Notes: generated by a model not told the origin, from the sequence alone. DNA of 63,613 nt, filler included, from Octopus bimaculoides (GCF_001194135.2; 4 parts of 3 records of this genome joined end to end with filler, not necessarily neighbours in it); one strand, 5' to 3'; positions 24,690-37,905 are shown, numbered from the whole stretch's first letter. Translations and numbers: made by a program.

Positions 24690-25680
24690 GCCAAGCAAAG
24701 CTTTCATCGTTTGCTCCCGTTTATGTAAGTCTTTAAGGATCTTTCGTTTAAATCTTTTAAGCGCCATAAGAGGCTCGCCAGGGACAAGATATTGCCCCTT
24801 TCCGGTATTATAAAAGATGACTTGTGGTTGTTTAGATGTTGCTTAAAAGGGGGTGCGTTTGAACTGACATATTTTCGTATCTGTGTATTGGTTGTGCTAC
24901 CACCTCTGATGCCTCTTTTGCTAACCACGTTGTTGTCGTTGGAGTCGCTGCCCTTGCTGATATTCCTGGTGGTTCCATTGCTGCTGACGTAGCAGCTATT
25001 TCCGGCTGCAAAATTTGGTGTTGCTGCTGCCGTCGTAATTGCTGGTATTGTTGCTCGTTGTTTGATGCGCTGTTGCCGACAGCGCCGTCACAGCTGTCAT
25101 TGTTGTCGTTGTTGTTGTTGTCTGCGGATGTGCCGTTGCTGCTTGGGCTGTTATTCCGTCTGCCAGTGGCGGCTACCACCTTAGCTTCATACACAAACCC
25201 CTCGGCTTCGCATAGACTCCTTACTGGGCAGTTATCGTATACCCTACACGAGCATGCTGCTTCTGCTCGTGACTTAGGGGTGCAAAGTAAAATTTTCTTA
25301 ATGCTGGACGCCCAACTGAAGGATACCCTTAAGTTGTACCTATTAAACAAACACCCGTGTCTGTGGGACTGTGTCAAGCATTTGTCCACCAATCTAAGGA
25401 ATATTCTTCATTAAACCCACTGGACGCCAGAGCCTCGTTGTGGTAAGGGGCGCGGCGTTGGAAATCTCGAGTTGAGGACAGGTCCAAGATTCTCCTGTTG
25501 ATACCCACCACTAGGTTCCTGAACAAAATGGGTGCGTAGCAGGAGGCTCTGTTAATGTAGGAAAGTCTCTCGTTTGGTTCGCGGTAGGGTCTGTAAGAAC
25601 AGGAGCTCAAATATAAAGTAACGCCTAAAAAGTTTACAATGGTTTGGTTGATCGCGATTTTTATCTTGAGCCTCATAGAG
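24690..25680 (-). mobile_element. Degenerate Penelope-like element: RT C-terminus plus GIY-YIG endonuclease
   Basis: LKIKIAINQTIVNFLGVTL..YRPYREPN...INRRILDLSS; LFNRYNLRVSFS; CSCRVYDNCP..C...VYEAKV; PPFKQHLNNHKSSF...LWRLKD. All are Penelope-type RT-thumb/linker/GIY-YIG motifs, frameshifted. Confidence 0.85.
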
Positions 25681-25736
25681 ATACATAAATAGACAGACAG
25701 ACAGATAGATAGATGGATAGGTAGATAGATAGATAA

Positions 25737-25968
25737 GGCGGCGAGCTAGCAGAAACGTTAGCACGCCGGGCGAAATGCTTAGCGGTATTTCGTCTGCCGC
25801 TACGTTCTGAGTTCAAATTCCACCGAGGTCGACTTTGTCTTTTATCCTTTCAGGGTCGATTAAATAAGTACCAGTTACGCACCGGGATCGATATAATCGA
25901 CTTAATCCGTTTATCTGTCCTTGTTTGTCCTCTCTGTGTGTAGCCCCTTGTGGGCAGTAAAGAAATAA
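25737..25968 (+). mobile_element. SINE family C1, full length, inserted in (GATA)n
   Basis: ggcggcgagct.gcagaaacgttagc head, CORE-like gcctttcatcctttcggggtcgat domain, tail gtcc..tctgtgtgtagccccttgtgggcagtaaagaaata. Confidence 0.9.
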
Positions 25969-26571
25969 GATAGATAAATAGATAGATAGGTAGATAGATA
26001 GATAAATAAATGAATGGCTAGAGATTGATAGATAGACAGATTGATAGATAAATAGACAGATAGATAGATAGATAGATAGACATATATATAGATAGAAGAA
26101 ACATCCGTTTTATTTATTTTTGTGTATGAAAGGGGGAAAGGCTTAACTGACAGATTTCTAGCAGATATATTCCATCAAAAAAACAATTAACTACCACGAC
26201 AATTCGTTCTACTTTAAAGATATACCGAACTCTATCGTTTTATCATTATTATTGATGTTAGAAGTGTTGGCTAAAGACCCAGACAAAATGTTATATGTTA
26301 TTTAGTTACGTCCCTATATCTTCAGATTTTAAATGCGATAGGTTCAATTAGTCCTCATCTTTCTTTTATATTTCAATAGCATAAAATACCAGTAATGTAC
26401 CGAGGACCATGTAATTGACAAAAGCCACATCAATTGGTTGCACGCTGAACATACAAAGGTTCTTAATAGTGTTCTTGGTGTATCACTTTTAATGAGCGTT
26501 TTCCCAACTGAAGGTCACATGGTGCTGTTGCACGCAGAGTTGCATAATTGTAGATAAATTTGTATACTCCG

Positions 26572-26609
<38 letters not shown>

Positions 26610-27632
26610 TACACATATATATGTGTGTGTGTGTGTGTATATGTATGCATGTATATATATGTATACATATATGNNNNNNNNNNNNNNNNNNNNNNNNNNN
26701 NNNNNNNNNNNNNNNNNNNNNNNNNNNNNNNNNNNNNNNNNNNNNNNNNNNNNNNNNNNNNNNNNNNNNNNNNNNNNNNNNNNNNNNNNNNNNNNNNNNN
26801 NNNNNNNNNNNNNNNNNNNNNNNNNNNNNNNNNNNNNNNNNNNNNNNNNNNNNNNNNNNNNNNNNNNNNNNNNNNNNNNNNNNNNNNNNNNNNNNNNNNN
26901 NNNNNNNNNNNNNNNNNNNNNNNNNNNNNNNNNNNNNNNNNNNNNNNNNNNNNNNNNNNNNNNNNNNNNNNNNNNNNNNNNNNNNNNNNNNNNNNNNNNN
27001 NNNNNNNNNNNNNNNNNNNNNNNNNNNNNNNNNNNNNNNNNNNNNNNNNNNNNNNNNNNNNNNNNNNNNNNNNNNNNNNNNNNNNNNNNNNNNNNNNNNN
27101 NNNNNNNNNNNNNNNNNNNNNNNNNNNNNNNNNNNNNNNNNNNNNNNNNNNNNNNNNNNNNNNNNNNNNNNNNNNNNNNNNNNNNNNNNNNNNNNNNNNN
27201 NNNNNNNNNNNNNNNNNNNNNNNNNNNNNNNNNNNNNNNNNNNNNNNNNNNNNNNNNNNNNNNNNNNNNNNNNNNNNNNNNNNNNNNNNNNNNNNNNNNN
27301 NNNNNNNNNNNNNNNNNNNNNNNNNNNNNNNNNNNNNNNNNNNNNNNNNNNNNNNNNNNNNNNNNNNNNNNNNNNNNNNNNNNNNNNNNNNNNNNNNNNN
27401 NNNNNNNNNNNNNNNNNNNNNNNNNNNNNNNNNNNNNNNNNNNNNNNNNNNNNNNNNNNNNNNNNNNNNNNNNNNNNNNNNNNNNNNNNNNNNNNNNNNN
27501 NNNNNNNNNNNNNNNNNNNNNNNNNNNNNNNNNNNNNNNNNNNNNNNNNNNNNNNNNNNNNNNNNNNNNNNNNNNNNNNNNNNNNNNNNNNNNNNNNNNN
27601 NNNNNNNNNNNNNNNNNNNNNNNNNNNNNNNN

Positions 27633-27850
27633 ACCACCACAACCACCACCTTCACCTCCAGCAGCGTCGTAACCGCCAAACCACCACCACCGGTACCAGT
27701 ATCACCAGCGCCAACACTGACACCATTATCGTCGTCGTCGACATCGTCGTCACTATTGTCGTTATCGTCGTCATCATCATCATCATCATCATCATCGTCA
27801 TAATCATCATCAACAACAACAACAACAACAACAGCAACAAACAGCAAACA
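27633..27850. repeat. Compound trinucleotide repeats (ACC/GTC/ATC/AAC)
   Basis: Direct reading. Confidence 0.9.
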
Positions 27851-28399
27851 ATAAAAAACGTGACCCAAAGCTTCGGAACAGGTGCTCGTTTTATACAGAG
27901 TCGATATCATATTTTTGTTACATTCTTATAGCATATGTGCACGCAGGATAATATACAAAAAAAGGGGGGGGGGAAACAAAAAAACCCGGATACAAACACG
28001 TATCCATTCGCACTGATAGACATACAGACACAAATAAACACACACAAAGACAGAGACATACGGGCGCACATACATAAACTCAATGGCACACACACATACA
28101 CACACACACATACTCACATGCACATACAAATATACAATCAGGGATATGCACACTGAACAAGAGAGAAGCTAAGCGTATACATTCCCTATTCATTTAAGTG
28201 TCTGACATATTAATTCTATATACCCGTTCTCCATTATTCCAAACTGGGAAGAACTTCATATATACGTCCGCATATACATGTACGTGCATACACGAACAGT
28301 CACGCACATAGCGTGTATAAATGGAGACATACATACATACATACAAAATATACGCATGCTCATATGTGTATGTGCGCGTATATATATGTGTGTGTGTGA

Positions 28400-28445
<46 letters not shown>

Positions 28446-29123
28446 ATATATANNNNNNNNNNNNNNNNNNNNNNNNNNNNNNNNNNNNNNNNNNNNNNNN
28501 NNNNNNNNNNNNNNNNNNNNNNNNNNNNNNNNNNNNNNNNNNNNNNNNNNNNNNNNNNNNNNNNNNNNNNNNNNNNNNNNNNNNNNNNNNNNNNNNNNNN
28601 NNNNNNNNNNNNNNNNNNNNNNNNNNNNNNNNNNNNNNNNNNNNNNNNNNNNNNNNNNNNNNNNNNNNNNNNNNNNNNNNNNNNNNNNNNNNNNNNNNNN
28701 NNNNNNNNNNNNNNNNNNNNNNNNNNNNNNNNNNNNNNNNNNNNNNNNNNNNNNNNNNNNNNNNNNNNNNNNNNNNNNNNNNNNNNNNNNNNNNNNNNNN
28801 NNNNNNNNNNNNNNNNNNNNNNNNNNNNNNNNNNNNNNNNNNNNNNNNNNNNNNNNNNNNNNNNNNNNNNNNNNNNNNNNNNNNNNNNNNNNNNNNNNNN
28901 NNNNNNNNNNNNNNNNNNNNNNNNNNNNNNNNNNNNNNNNNNNNNNNNNNNNNNNNNNNNNNNNNNNNNNNNNNNNNNNNNNNNNNNNNNNNNNNNNNNN
29001 NNNNNNNNNNNNNNNNNNNNNNNNNNNNNNNNNNNNNNNNNNNNNNNNNNNNNNNNNNNNNNNNNNNNNNNNNNNNNNNNNNNNNNNNNNNNNNNNNNNN
29101 NNNNNNNNNNNNNNNNNNNNNNN

Positions 29124-29470
29124 CGGTCATAGGATCGCGATTTCGATTCCCAGACCGGGCGTTGTGAGTGTTTATTGAGCGAAAACACCTAAAGCTCCAC
29201 GAGGCTCCGGCAGGGGATGGTGGTGAACCCTGCTGTACTCTTTCACCACAACTTTCTCTCACTCTTTCTTCCTGTTTCTGTTGTGCCTGTAATTCAAAGG
29301 GTCAGCCTTGTCACACTGTGTCACGCTGAATATTCCCGAGAACTACGTTAAGGGTACACGTGTCTGTGGAGTGCTCAGCCACTTGCACGTTAATTTCACG
29401 TGCAGGCTGTTCTGTTGATCGGATCAACTGGAACCCTCGACGTCGTAAGCGACTGAGTGCCAACAACAAC
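29124..29470 (+). mobile_element. SINE family E (long; central domain possibly Deu/Nin-like), (AAC)n tail
   Basis: Highly similar to the reverse complement of 44306-44697; the domain name is from memory only. Confidence 0.85.
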
Positions 29471-29823
29471 ATATATATATATTTCTATATATATACATAT
29501 ATAGACACACACACACATATATATGTATATATGTGTGTATGTATATATGGAGCTTATACAAGGGGTCAGAATCCAAACTGTGTCTTCCTGGAGCACGTCT
29601 GCCTGTTCCAGTAAACAACTTTATGTATATAGATATTGTAAGTGTATTTTAAATGAAGTATACATACTAGTTAAAAGTTCCGGTGAAGCATATTTGCGGA
29701 GTATATTGAAAGAAAAAAGAAAAAAAAAAGAAAAAATGGAAAATTTGATACATCTTTAAATTCCATGTTTCACGTGTTTCATCACAGAATAGGAAATGCA
29801 TTATGAATTAAAGCATCAATATC

Positions 29824-30265
29824 AATATTCTTTTCTACTCTAGGCACAAGGCCTGAAATTTTGGGGAGAGGGCCAGTCGATTAGATCGACCTCAGTACGC
29901 AACTGGTACGTAATTTATCGACCCCGAAAGGCAAAGTCGTCCTCGGCGTAATTTGAACTCAGAACGTAACGGCTGACGAAATACCTATTTCTTTACTGCC
30001 CACAAGGGGCTACACACAGAGGGGACAAACAAGGACAGACAAACGGATCAAGTCGATTATATCGACCCCAGTGCGTAACTGGTACTTAATTTATCGACCC
30101 CGAAAGGATGAAAGGCAAAGTCGACCTCGGCGGAATTTGAACTCAGAACGCAGTGGCAGACGAAATACCGCTAAGCATTTCGCCCGGCGTGCTAACGTTT
30201 CTTATTTCTTTATTGCCCACAAGGGGCTAAACATAGAGGGGACAAACAAGGACAGACAAAGGGAT
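29824..30265 (-). mobile_element. Composite family C SINE array (C1 tail + C1 + truncated C2)
   Basis: Three family C segments joined at 29985/29986 and ~30201/30202. Confidence 0.85.
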
Positions 30266-30365
30266 NNNNNNNNNNNNNNNNNNNNNNNNNNNNNNNNNNN
30301 NNNNNNNNNTTAATTAATTAANNNNNNNNNNNNNNNNNNNNNNNNNNNNNNNNNNNNNNNNNNNN
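30266..30365. other. Scaffolding join: 44 N + TTAATTAATTAA + 44 N
   Basis: Exactly 100 bp; six-frame-stop spacer at 30310-30321; same layout at 47268 and 62203. Confidence 0.95.
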
Positions 30366-30519
30366 CAGCGATAGATCGGGGCTTGTGGGGTCGGAGCGTG
30401 GCCTGATCATCGCTTCATTTGTGTTGTCTAACGTACTGTTAATATCATTCAATTTTTTATATTTTATAAAATTTTTAAAGTCATATTTATGTAAACCATT
30501 CGCATTACTGATCCCAATC

Positions 30520-30741
30520 AGTTGTTTTGTACCATTCTATGTTTGGCCCCCTGTGGGCAATAAAGAAATTGGTATCTCGTATGTCTTTAGGTTCTGAGTT
30601 CAAATTCCGCTGAGGTCGACTTTGCCTTTCATCATTTCGGAGTCGATAAATTAAGTACCAGTTGCGTACTGGGGTCGATCTAATCGACTGCCCCTCTCCC
30701 CCAAAATTTCGGGCCTTGTGCCTGGAGTAGAAAAGAATATT
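30520..30741 (+). mobile_element. Family C composite (C1 tail fused to truncated C2)
   Basis: ...gtgggcaataaagaaatt|ggtatctcg...cccaaaatttcgggccttgtgcctggagtagaaaagaatatt. Confidence 0.85.
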
Positions 30742-33700
30742 TCTATGCAAAATAATGTACAGTTACTTATAGTAAACTACTGTGAAAGTGAGTGGCATAG
30801 TAGTTACCGCGTTGCATTCATGATCGTAAGATTGTATTTTCGCTTCCCAGGTCTGGCAGTGCGTTCTGCTCTTGAGCAAAACACGTATCTGTAGTTCACT
30901 TAGCTATAAATTAGTTCATGCAATAGCTAGGAAGTAATTAAGCAATAGCTAGGACGTTACTTTTGTGAAGTTAACTTCAGTGGGAATATTGCAATCTTAT
31001 TCATTAATATTCCATGGAAATCTGGTTAAGCTCCGGTGTTATGAGTGCTATGGCTCATGACAGACTTAAGTTTAGGTAAGGCACAGTAAACGTAAATTAA
31101 TATATGGCCAATAGACCCCTGGCCACGTCGGTAATTGCCCAGTGCGTTCATACCTTAAGATGCCACGGCCCGTGTATGATAATTATTCATCCTTCGCAGT
31201 TATCGTTAATGTGGTAAACCTCTGTACATTATTTGAGATAAATGCTGTTATTATATATTCATTCAAATCTTTATATTTATATCTGAAATTAGGTTAATGT
31301 TGTTATTGTTGTTTTTAACCTCAAATCAGCACTTTAATCAAAGACAATCTAGCCGTGACCTGCCCGTCCTTCGGGACCACATTAGCTCGTGTATCCCTTT
31401 CCTTTTCTCCTTTTGCTTTATTTTGAAGGCGATGGGGGGAGGGTTGTTATTTGAGGGCGTCTGGTTGTTATTTCTTGCTGTTTGACCGATTCTGAAGAGA
31501 CTCCGCTCTGCTTCCTTGCAAAAAAGAAGTCGGTAGCGATTATTATTAGTGGTTTTAAAACGGATGAGTCTGGCTATAATGATAGTAGTGCTAGTAGGGG
31601 TGGAGGATACTAGTAGCAGTAGCTGTACTGGTGTGTTGTTGGCAGGGGTGGTGAGTGGATAGTGGTGTTGGAGGTAGAATGTCAGGTGTTGCGTCTGTGA
31701 GATGGTTGTCGGTGCCGATGTTGTTGGTAGCTGCCGTTTTGGTTGCGACAGTGTTGACATTAAGACATGAAACTGTTATTCTAAAACTAAGCAGGATTGA
31801 TGAAGTGATCTCGTGATATTTACGGTATTCCAAAATATTAGAAACCTTCTAAAGATGCAGCTTTGTTTCGTGTTTTATTAGACCTTATATTTATTTATAA
31901 ATGAAAGAGGGGAGAATAAGAAGTTGTAAAGTTCTTGACTTTCCCGAGGGCATCAGTGGTGGTGTGAAGTGTCAGGAATGTGTATCAACCGACAATCAAA
32001 CTGGGTCGTTGTGTTAGATGTAAATTTGCGTCTGAACTTTCTATAAATATTGACTTCTTGTCCTTTCTCCACAATCCCATAGATAAATACATTTTCAAAT
32101 TTCTGTTCTTTAGAAAAAAGAAAACAGCTTTACAATGTGTTAGAGATAGTAAAAGCTGTGCTAATATACTTAACGTCATCATGTATAAATATTTAATGAA
32201 TTAACGTATTAACCCGTCATGTGGAAAGAAAAGAAATTGTAGCTCAATGCATAACGCTTGATACGGAAGTCAAGGTGGGGGGGGGGACATGAGCAAAGTT
32301 TAATTTAATAAAAATAACCGGAGATAAAATGAGATCATGAAGTGGCGAGTGAGTCTGAGTATCATGACAACTCCAGACGTGTTCCTGCGTTATTAGACCC
32401 CTCAGTAAACGTAGTCTTATATATTCGTACGTTCCGATGACTGGGATATTCATAAGAAATTTTCCTGTGTAAGCACTGATAGCCTGATAATTTTAACGAA
32501 TGACTTGGAACATAAATATTAAGAGACGCCTTCTGCATGGATGAACCATACAAAGGTGCATTTCGTCACTTATTACATATAAGTGTTAGTTCAATTAAAC
32601 CATTTCTTATTATCTATCATACATTTTAAAGTTTGGAACCATTTCTAGTGCATTAGCAATTACATAAAATTGTCGCATTTATTGACTTGTAAGTGGACTT
32701 GTTACTTGAGTTATTGACTGGCTTGTTGATTGGTTAAAGACCTCGGTTGTGGGTTGTTTTATTCGTTGGTTTGTTGGTTGTCATAATAGTTTATTCTTAT
32801 TGGTTAAGTATAATAATATAGATTTGATCAAAAGATTAAATGTGGTACTTAAAATGTTTGAGGCACCAGAATTTGGTAGGGTAAAGACCAAAAACAAAAT
32901 CAAGAGATTTGGTGAATAAAATTTGAAGAAAAGCAACAAAAATTCATTAGGTTATAGAAGTACGTACGTTTCGTACAAACTTCATTTATTTATGTAGTGA
33001 GAACACCACATAAGATGTGCAATGAAATTGTACTCCTCAGCTACATAATGGAAGTTCATTTTAGAAAGTCATTTTGTAGACGTGTGCAAATACAAGAGTA
33101 TGTAATGAAGAAAATACCATCTTGACTGGGCTGTTAATCAACAGTCTAGTGAACCAAACATGAATTTAATTTCTATATATTCTAATTGGAGGGGTAAGAT
33201 AGCAGTAATTTCAATTTAGAGGGAGGTAGATTAAGTAATAAGGGACAGCAGGTTAGGGGTAATTCAAGCAAGAGAAAAAAAAATGGTTAAGTAGTTAGTT
33301 GTCCTACTGGTTGACTTGTTGATTCTCGTATTGCTTGTCCTGTTGATTTTCTTCTTGACTTCCTTATCGATTATCGTATTTGTAGCTTATAGATTGCCTT
33401 GGCTGGCTTGTTGATTTCCAAATTGGTTGACTTGTAGATTGTCGTATTAACATTGATGGCTTTGTTGAATGTTGCACGTGCTCATTATTGGCTAAATTTT
33501 AGGTTTACTTGGTTTTGTTTATTGACTTACTAACTTTACTTTGACGCGTATTCTGATAACAAACGCCTAAAATAATAAAAAGAAATCTGTATATCATACT
33601 TAAAGTAAATATATTGATGAAAGATTTAAGTGTGATATGCTGACTGCTATTTTGAGCTCATACTACTTCCGTTGCCAGCGCAGAAAAGAAAATACAAAAC

Positions 33701-34429
33701 ACTTGTAGTTTTTGTTTCAACAAGGAACTCTCAACGTGGTTCCTCAACCTGCTGCAAGATATATCAGCTGATCTCACTTAAACGATAGTCTATCGATAGT
33801 CTATCGTCTTAAACAAACCGAATAATATATTAGACGATGTCTATCTTCGAATTTGAAAGAAAGACAGAGATGTCGGCCATGGTTGGAATGAATTAATAAT
33901 ATGTCTGTTAACTAGCGAGCGAAGCAAGGTTTAAAACAGAACAACAGTAGTAGCAATAAAAGCAACAACAACACCAGCAATAATAAATAATTGTAAAGCT
34001 TCACAATCTTAGGTGCACATATACAATATTTATCGAGGTGAGTTACCGCTGGCTCTGAAACTACTGGTAACACCATTTTCTAATATTTTATTTCCGGCCA
34101 AACCCATCTCTGAAATTTTCCAGAACAGTAATGACGTCATGGTTAATCTAACATAAAAGAAAAAAACAAAAATGTTTAATAAAAAGGATGGTGGTGGCTT
34201 GGGCAAAATCCTCGGCACTAAATTTCTATTCCCCCTTTTACTAAAAACAAAACTACTAATATCACTCCCAACATGATCAACCCTAAAAAAAATAATCTCG
34301 CACGACCAATACTACCATCAGCAGTAGTACCGACCACCACCACAGCAATAACAACAAAGCGAACACCACCACCACAACCACGAAGAACTACACCTACGCC
34401 GCCACACTATGCCGATTATATTTCTTCCT

Positions 34430-34975
34430 GCATTTATCAACAATGTTTATTTTGCCTTCCCTTCGCCATTTTATTTCCAGTTTATTTTTTCGTTACCCCT
34501 AACACTTCATTTTATACATTTATATATTTCCACCATTTTCGTTTCCCTTTTTCTTCTTTCCTTCTTTTACTTCTTTTCTTCTTTTACTTCTTTTCTTCTT
34601 TTACTTCTTCCTATTTTTCTTTCTTTCAATTTAATTTTTTTTCTTCTTCTTTTAATTTCTCTTCTTCCACTCCTTTCTTCCTTCTTTTCTTTTTATCCCT
34701 ATATCTGTCTCCTTTGTTCTTTGCTCCTCTGTTTTTTTTTTATTTATTAGTTTTGTATTTCATTTTGCTCTATAGTCCTTCAGTATGCCCTCTTCTTTCT
34801 CTTCCTCCTTCTACTCTCCCCCACACTCTTTCTGCTATTTTTCTTATCCACTCCACCCTTCTTTTTATTATTTCTTTCATTGTTTTCATTTCCATTCCGC
34901 CTTCATCTCTTTCTTCCTCAAAGTAACCAGATCCACCAACCTTCTGACATTTCTCTTTCTTAGAAAACTTACCAC
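34430..34975. repeat. Long polypyrimidine low-complexity tract
   Basis: T/C-rich; source of the F/L/S-rich pseudo-ORFs. Confidence 0.9.
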
Positions 34976-35892
34976 ANNNNNNNNNNNNNNNNNNNNNNNN
35001 NNNNNNNNNNNNNNNNNNNNNNNNNNNNNNNNNNNNNNNNNNNNNNNNNNNNNNNNNNNNNNNNNNNNNNNNNNNNNNNNNNNNNNNNNNNNNNNNNNNN
35101 NNNNNNNNNNNNNNNNAACAGCCATCATACAGCCTGAAGCACTCCACTACTACTACTACTACTACTACAACAACAACAACAACAAACATAATGATAATGA
35201 TGAAGAAAAAGAAGAAAAGGAAGAAAAGGAAGTAAGAGAAGATGATCATGACGATTACGATGATGATGATGATGATGATGATGATTACGACGATGACGTA
35301 GACAGCGATGATGATTATGATCATCGCCATGATGACGATGAAAAACAAGCCAAGAAGAGGGAGGGGGAGGAGAGGGGAGAAGAGCAGGAGGATGTTGAGG
35401 GTAAGGGAGGAAAAGAAACAAAAATAAAGAACATAAAAGATTCCAGAAACATTTCATAAACGAAGCACAAAGAAACATCACACCTAGGAACTGGCCATAT
35501 TGTCCGTAAAATATCTAAACTAAAGAAAGAACGGCTTATAACCACTCCTTTTAGAAAGTACGCACCAACAGACACACGCACACACAAAAACATACATACA
35601 TATACGAATTTTTGTGATTCATATTTTACGTACTACAAAAATATTACGATCCGAAATTGTGGAGGGTAACTGCTCAAAGCAATGACTACCTGATACATTA
35701 GACCACCGTCTGTTTCTTTTCAGTTTCTCTTGGATTTTTTTGTTTAGACCATAGGCTGAACAAATGTGTTATATCTTACTTATATCCGAATTAATTGTTC
35801 AGTTACTGCCACCCAATGGGTTTTTACTGTGGTCTGGGACGAGCGCACATGGAAGCCGAATATTTCAGTGAGCTTCGGAACTGTTCAGTTTG

Positions 35893-36819
35893 GCTCACAG
35901 ATATTTTTAATGATATTTTTTTTAACTAAACAGTTTGAAACTTCGTATACTGGGTAACGTCTCACGCAGAACACGGTTTACTTTGAACATTTTTGAGAAA
36001 ATTTGGTATTTTAGAAGTTATTTCGTGTTAAAGTTGTCGTATTTGGGTAACTTCAACCAATCAACGACGTATATTCAGTTGAAGAAAGCTACTGCTGTTT
36101 GCGATAGTAATCGAAGAGGTCATCTCTACTAAATGTCACCACTCTGTTCTATTCGTATGTCGAGCGAAGACGATGCCACCTTTATCCTTTCTCCCTTTCT
36201 AGTCAGCACCGTGAGTTCCTTACACTTTCCATCCCTTCTACACTTTCAATTTGCAGCCAGCAAGCGAACTTGTCACTGCCACTATAATTATGTATTTTCC
36301 GGTGTATAAACCACTATTTGTTTTGCTTTACCTTCATGTTTTGAGGATGTTATTTTTAACATTATTAAAAAAGAAAAAAAAGCTAGTTGTGGACTCGTAG
36401 CTTTATAGGTCTTTTAAACACCGGTACACTTTATGTATGGAGAAAACACCGATGTCGGGGAAACGAATAAATATATGTAAATAATATTTCTCCCTTCTTG
36501 GTGTTGATTCCTCGATGATTACTGGTTACTCTGACACGAGTAAAAATAAAACAGAACAGAGTGGTGATATTTAGTAGACATGACTGGAAGTTGTTCCTCT
36601 TCGATTACTATCGCAAACAGCAGTAGCTTTCTTTAACTAAATACACGTCGTTGATTGGTTGAAATAACCCAAATACGACAACTTTAACACGAAATAACTT
36701 CTAAAATACCAAATTTTCTCAAAAATGTTCATAGTAAACCGTGTTCTGCATGAAACATTCCACCAGTATACGAAATTTAAGACTGTTTAGTTACATGAAT
36801 AAATTGAAAACCTGTGAGC
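35893..36819. mobile_element. Long-TIR foldback/MITE-like element, ~260-bp arms
   Basis: 35893-36150 is the reverse complement of 36553-36819 (e.g. gaacatttttgagaaaatttggtattttagaagttatttcgtgttaaagttgtcgtatttggg mirrored exactly), with one ~12-nt indel. Confidence 0.85.
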
Positions 36820-37087
36820 GATCCGAGTTTCTTTCCATCTGATATTTTATCGAAATATGTCACTCTGTTGAGGATTTTGCTGTAGTTACACTGATCATAT
36901 GAAAGCTCATGTACATTAACCGTAGTCTCGGTCCTGTGACAAACTCATGCCGGCTTAACTTGCCAGTTTCTCGATATTCTTCCAGTTTTCAAAAAGTGAG
37001 CCGACAATCCGGTCTATAGTTATTATTCTTAATATTAGAAGTAATGGTAATGGAGGTAATAGAAGCAGTAGTATTATAATTTATATT

Positions 37088-37306
37088 GGTTTCAAATTTT
37101 GTGACAGAGCCAGCAATTTCGGTGGAGGTGTTAAGTCGATTATATCGACACCGGTGTTCGACTGCTATTTATTTTATCGACCCGAAAGAATAAAAGACAA
37201 AGTCAACCACAAAAGAATTTAGACTCAAAACCTAAAGAAGATTGAAATGCCGCTCACTCGGCATTTTAGCCGTCGTGCTAACGACTCTACCAGTTCGCTG
37301 CCTTCA
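37088..37306 (-). mobile_element. SINE family C, degenerate
   Basis: ggtttcaaattttg...gtcgattatatcgac...tttatcgaccc..gaatttagactc...ctaacgactctaccagttcgctgcc. Confidence 0.75.
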
Positions 37307-37359
37307 TTAGTAATAAGAATATTAATATACGTATGAGTAGCATACTTCTTATGCGCGCG

Positions 37360-37535
37360 CGCGCGCGTGTGTGTGTGTATGAGAGAGAGAGAGAGAGAGA
37401 GAGAGAGTGAGAGAGAAAGTGTGTGTGGGTGTATACAAATACATACATACATGTGTATGTTTATGTGTATATATACGTATATATGTATATATATATGTAT
37501 ATATATGTATATATATATATATGTATATATATATG

Positions 37536-37588
<53 letters not shown>

Positions 37589-37643
37589 GTATATATGTGT
37601 GTGTGTGTGTGCGTGTGTGTATGTATGTATATGTATGTGTGTG

Positions 37644-37689
<46 letters not shown>

Positions 37690-37715
37690 AACATACATAT
37701 ATATATATATATATA
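37360..37715. repeat. Compound (GC)/(GT)/(GA)/(AT) microsatellite block
   Basis: Direct reading. Confidence 0.95.
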
Positions 37716-37724
37716 TCTGGGAGA

Positions 37725-37905
37725 ATATACAAAAAATAACAACAGACGAGGACAGGTGGTGTAAATAACAAAAGTATATATTAGTATGACGCTCGGGAAT
37801 ACGGAAAGTCTTTGACGTTTCGAGCTACGCTCTTCAACAGAAAGAATACGGAGACAAGGAGAAAAACACGGAGAAAAAAAATTGAATAGTGTTCAGTCAA
37901 CGGTT
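37725..37905 (-). mobile_element. Family F element with hammerhead-like motif
   Basis: Reverse complement: tcttt CTGTTGA A GAGC GTA GCTC GAAACGT C AAAGA...ttcccgagcgtcatactaat. Confidence 0.8.

Noticed and set aside
34131-34140. ATGACGTCAT CRE/ATF palindrome (TGACGTCA also at 44926-44933)
   Set aside because: One or two 8-mers in 63 kb is near chance, and no promoter context is established.
34273-35481. Long F/L/S-rich and D/E/H-rich ORFs resembling membrane or acidic proteins
   Set aside because: Products of a polypyrimidine tract and trinucleotide repeats.
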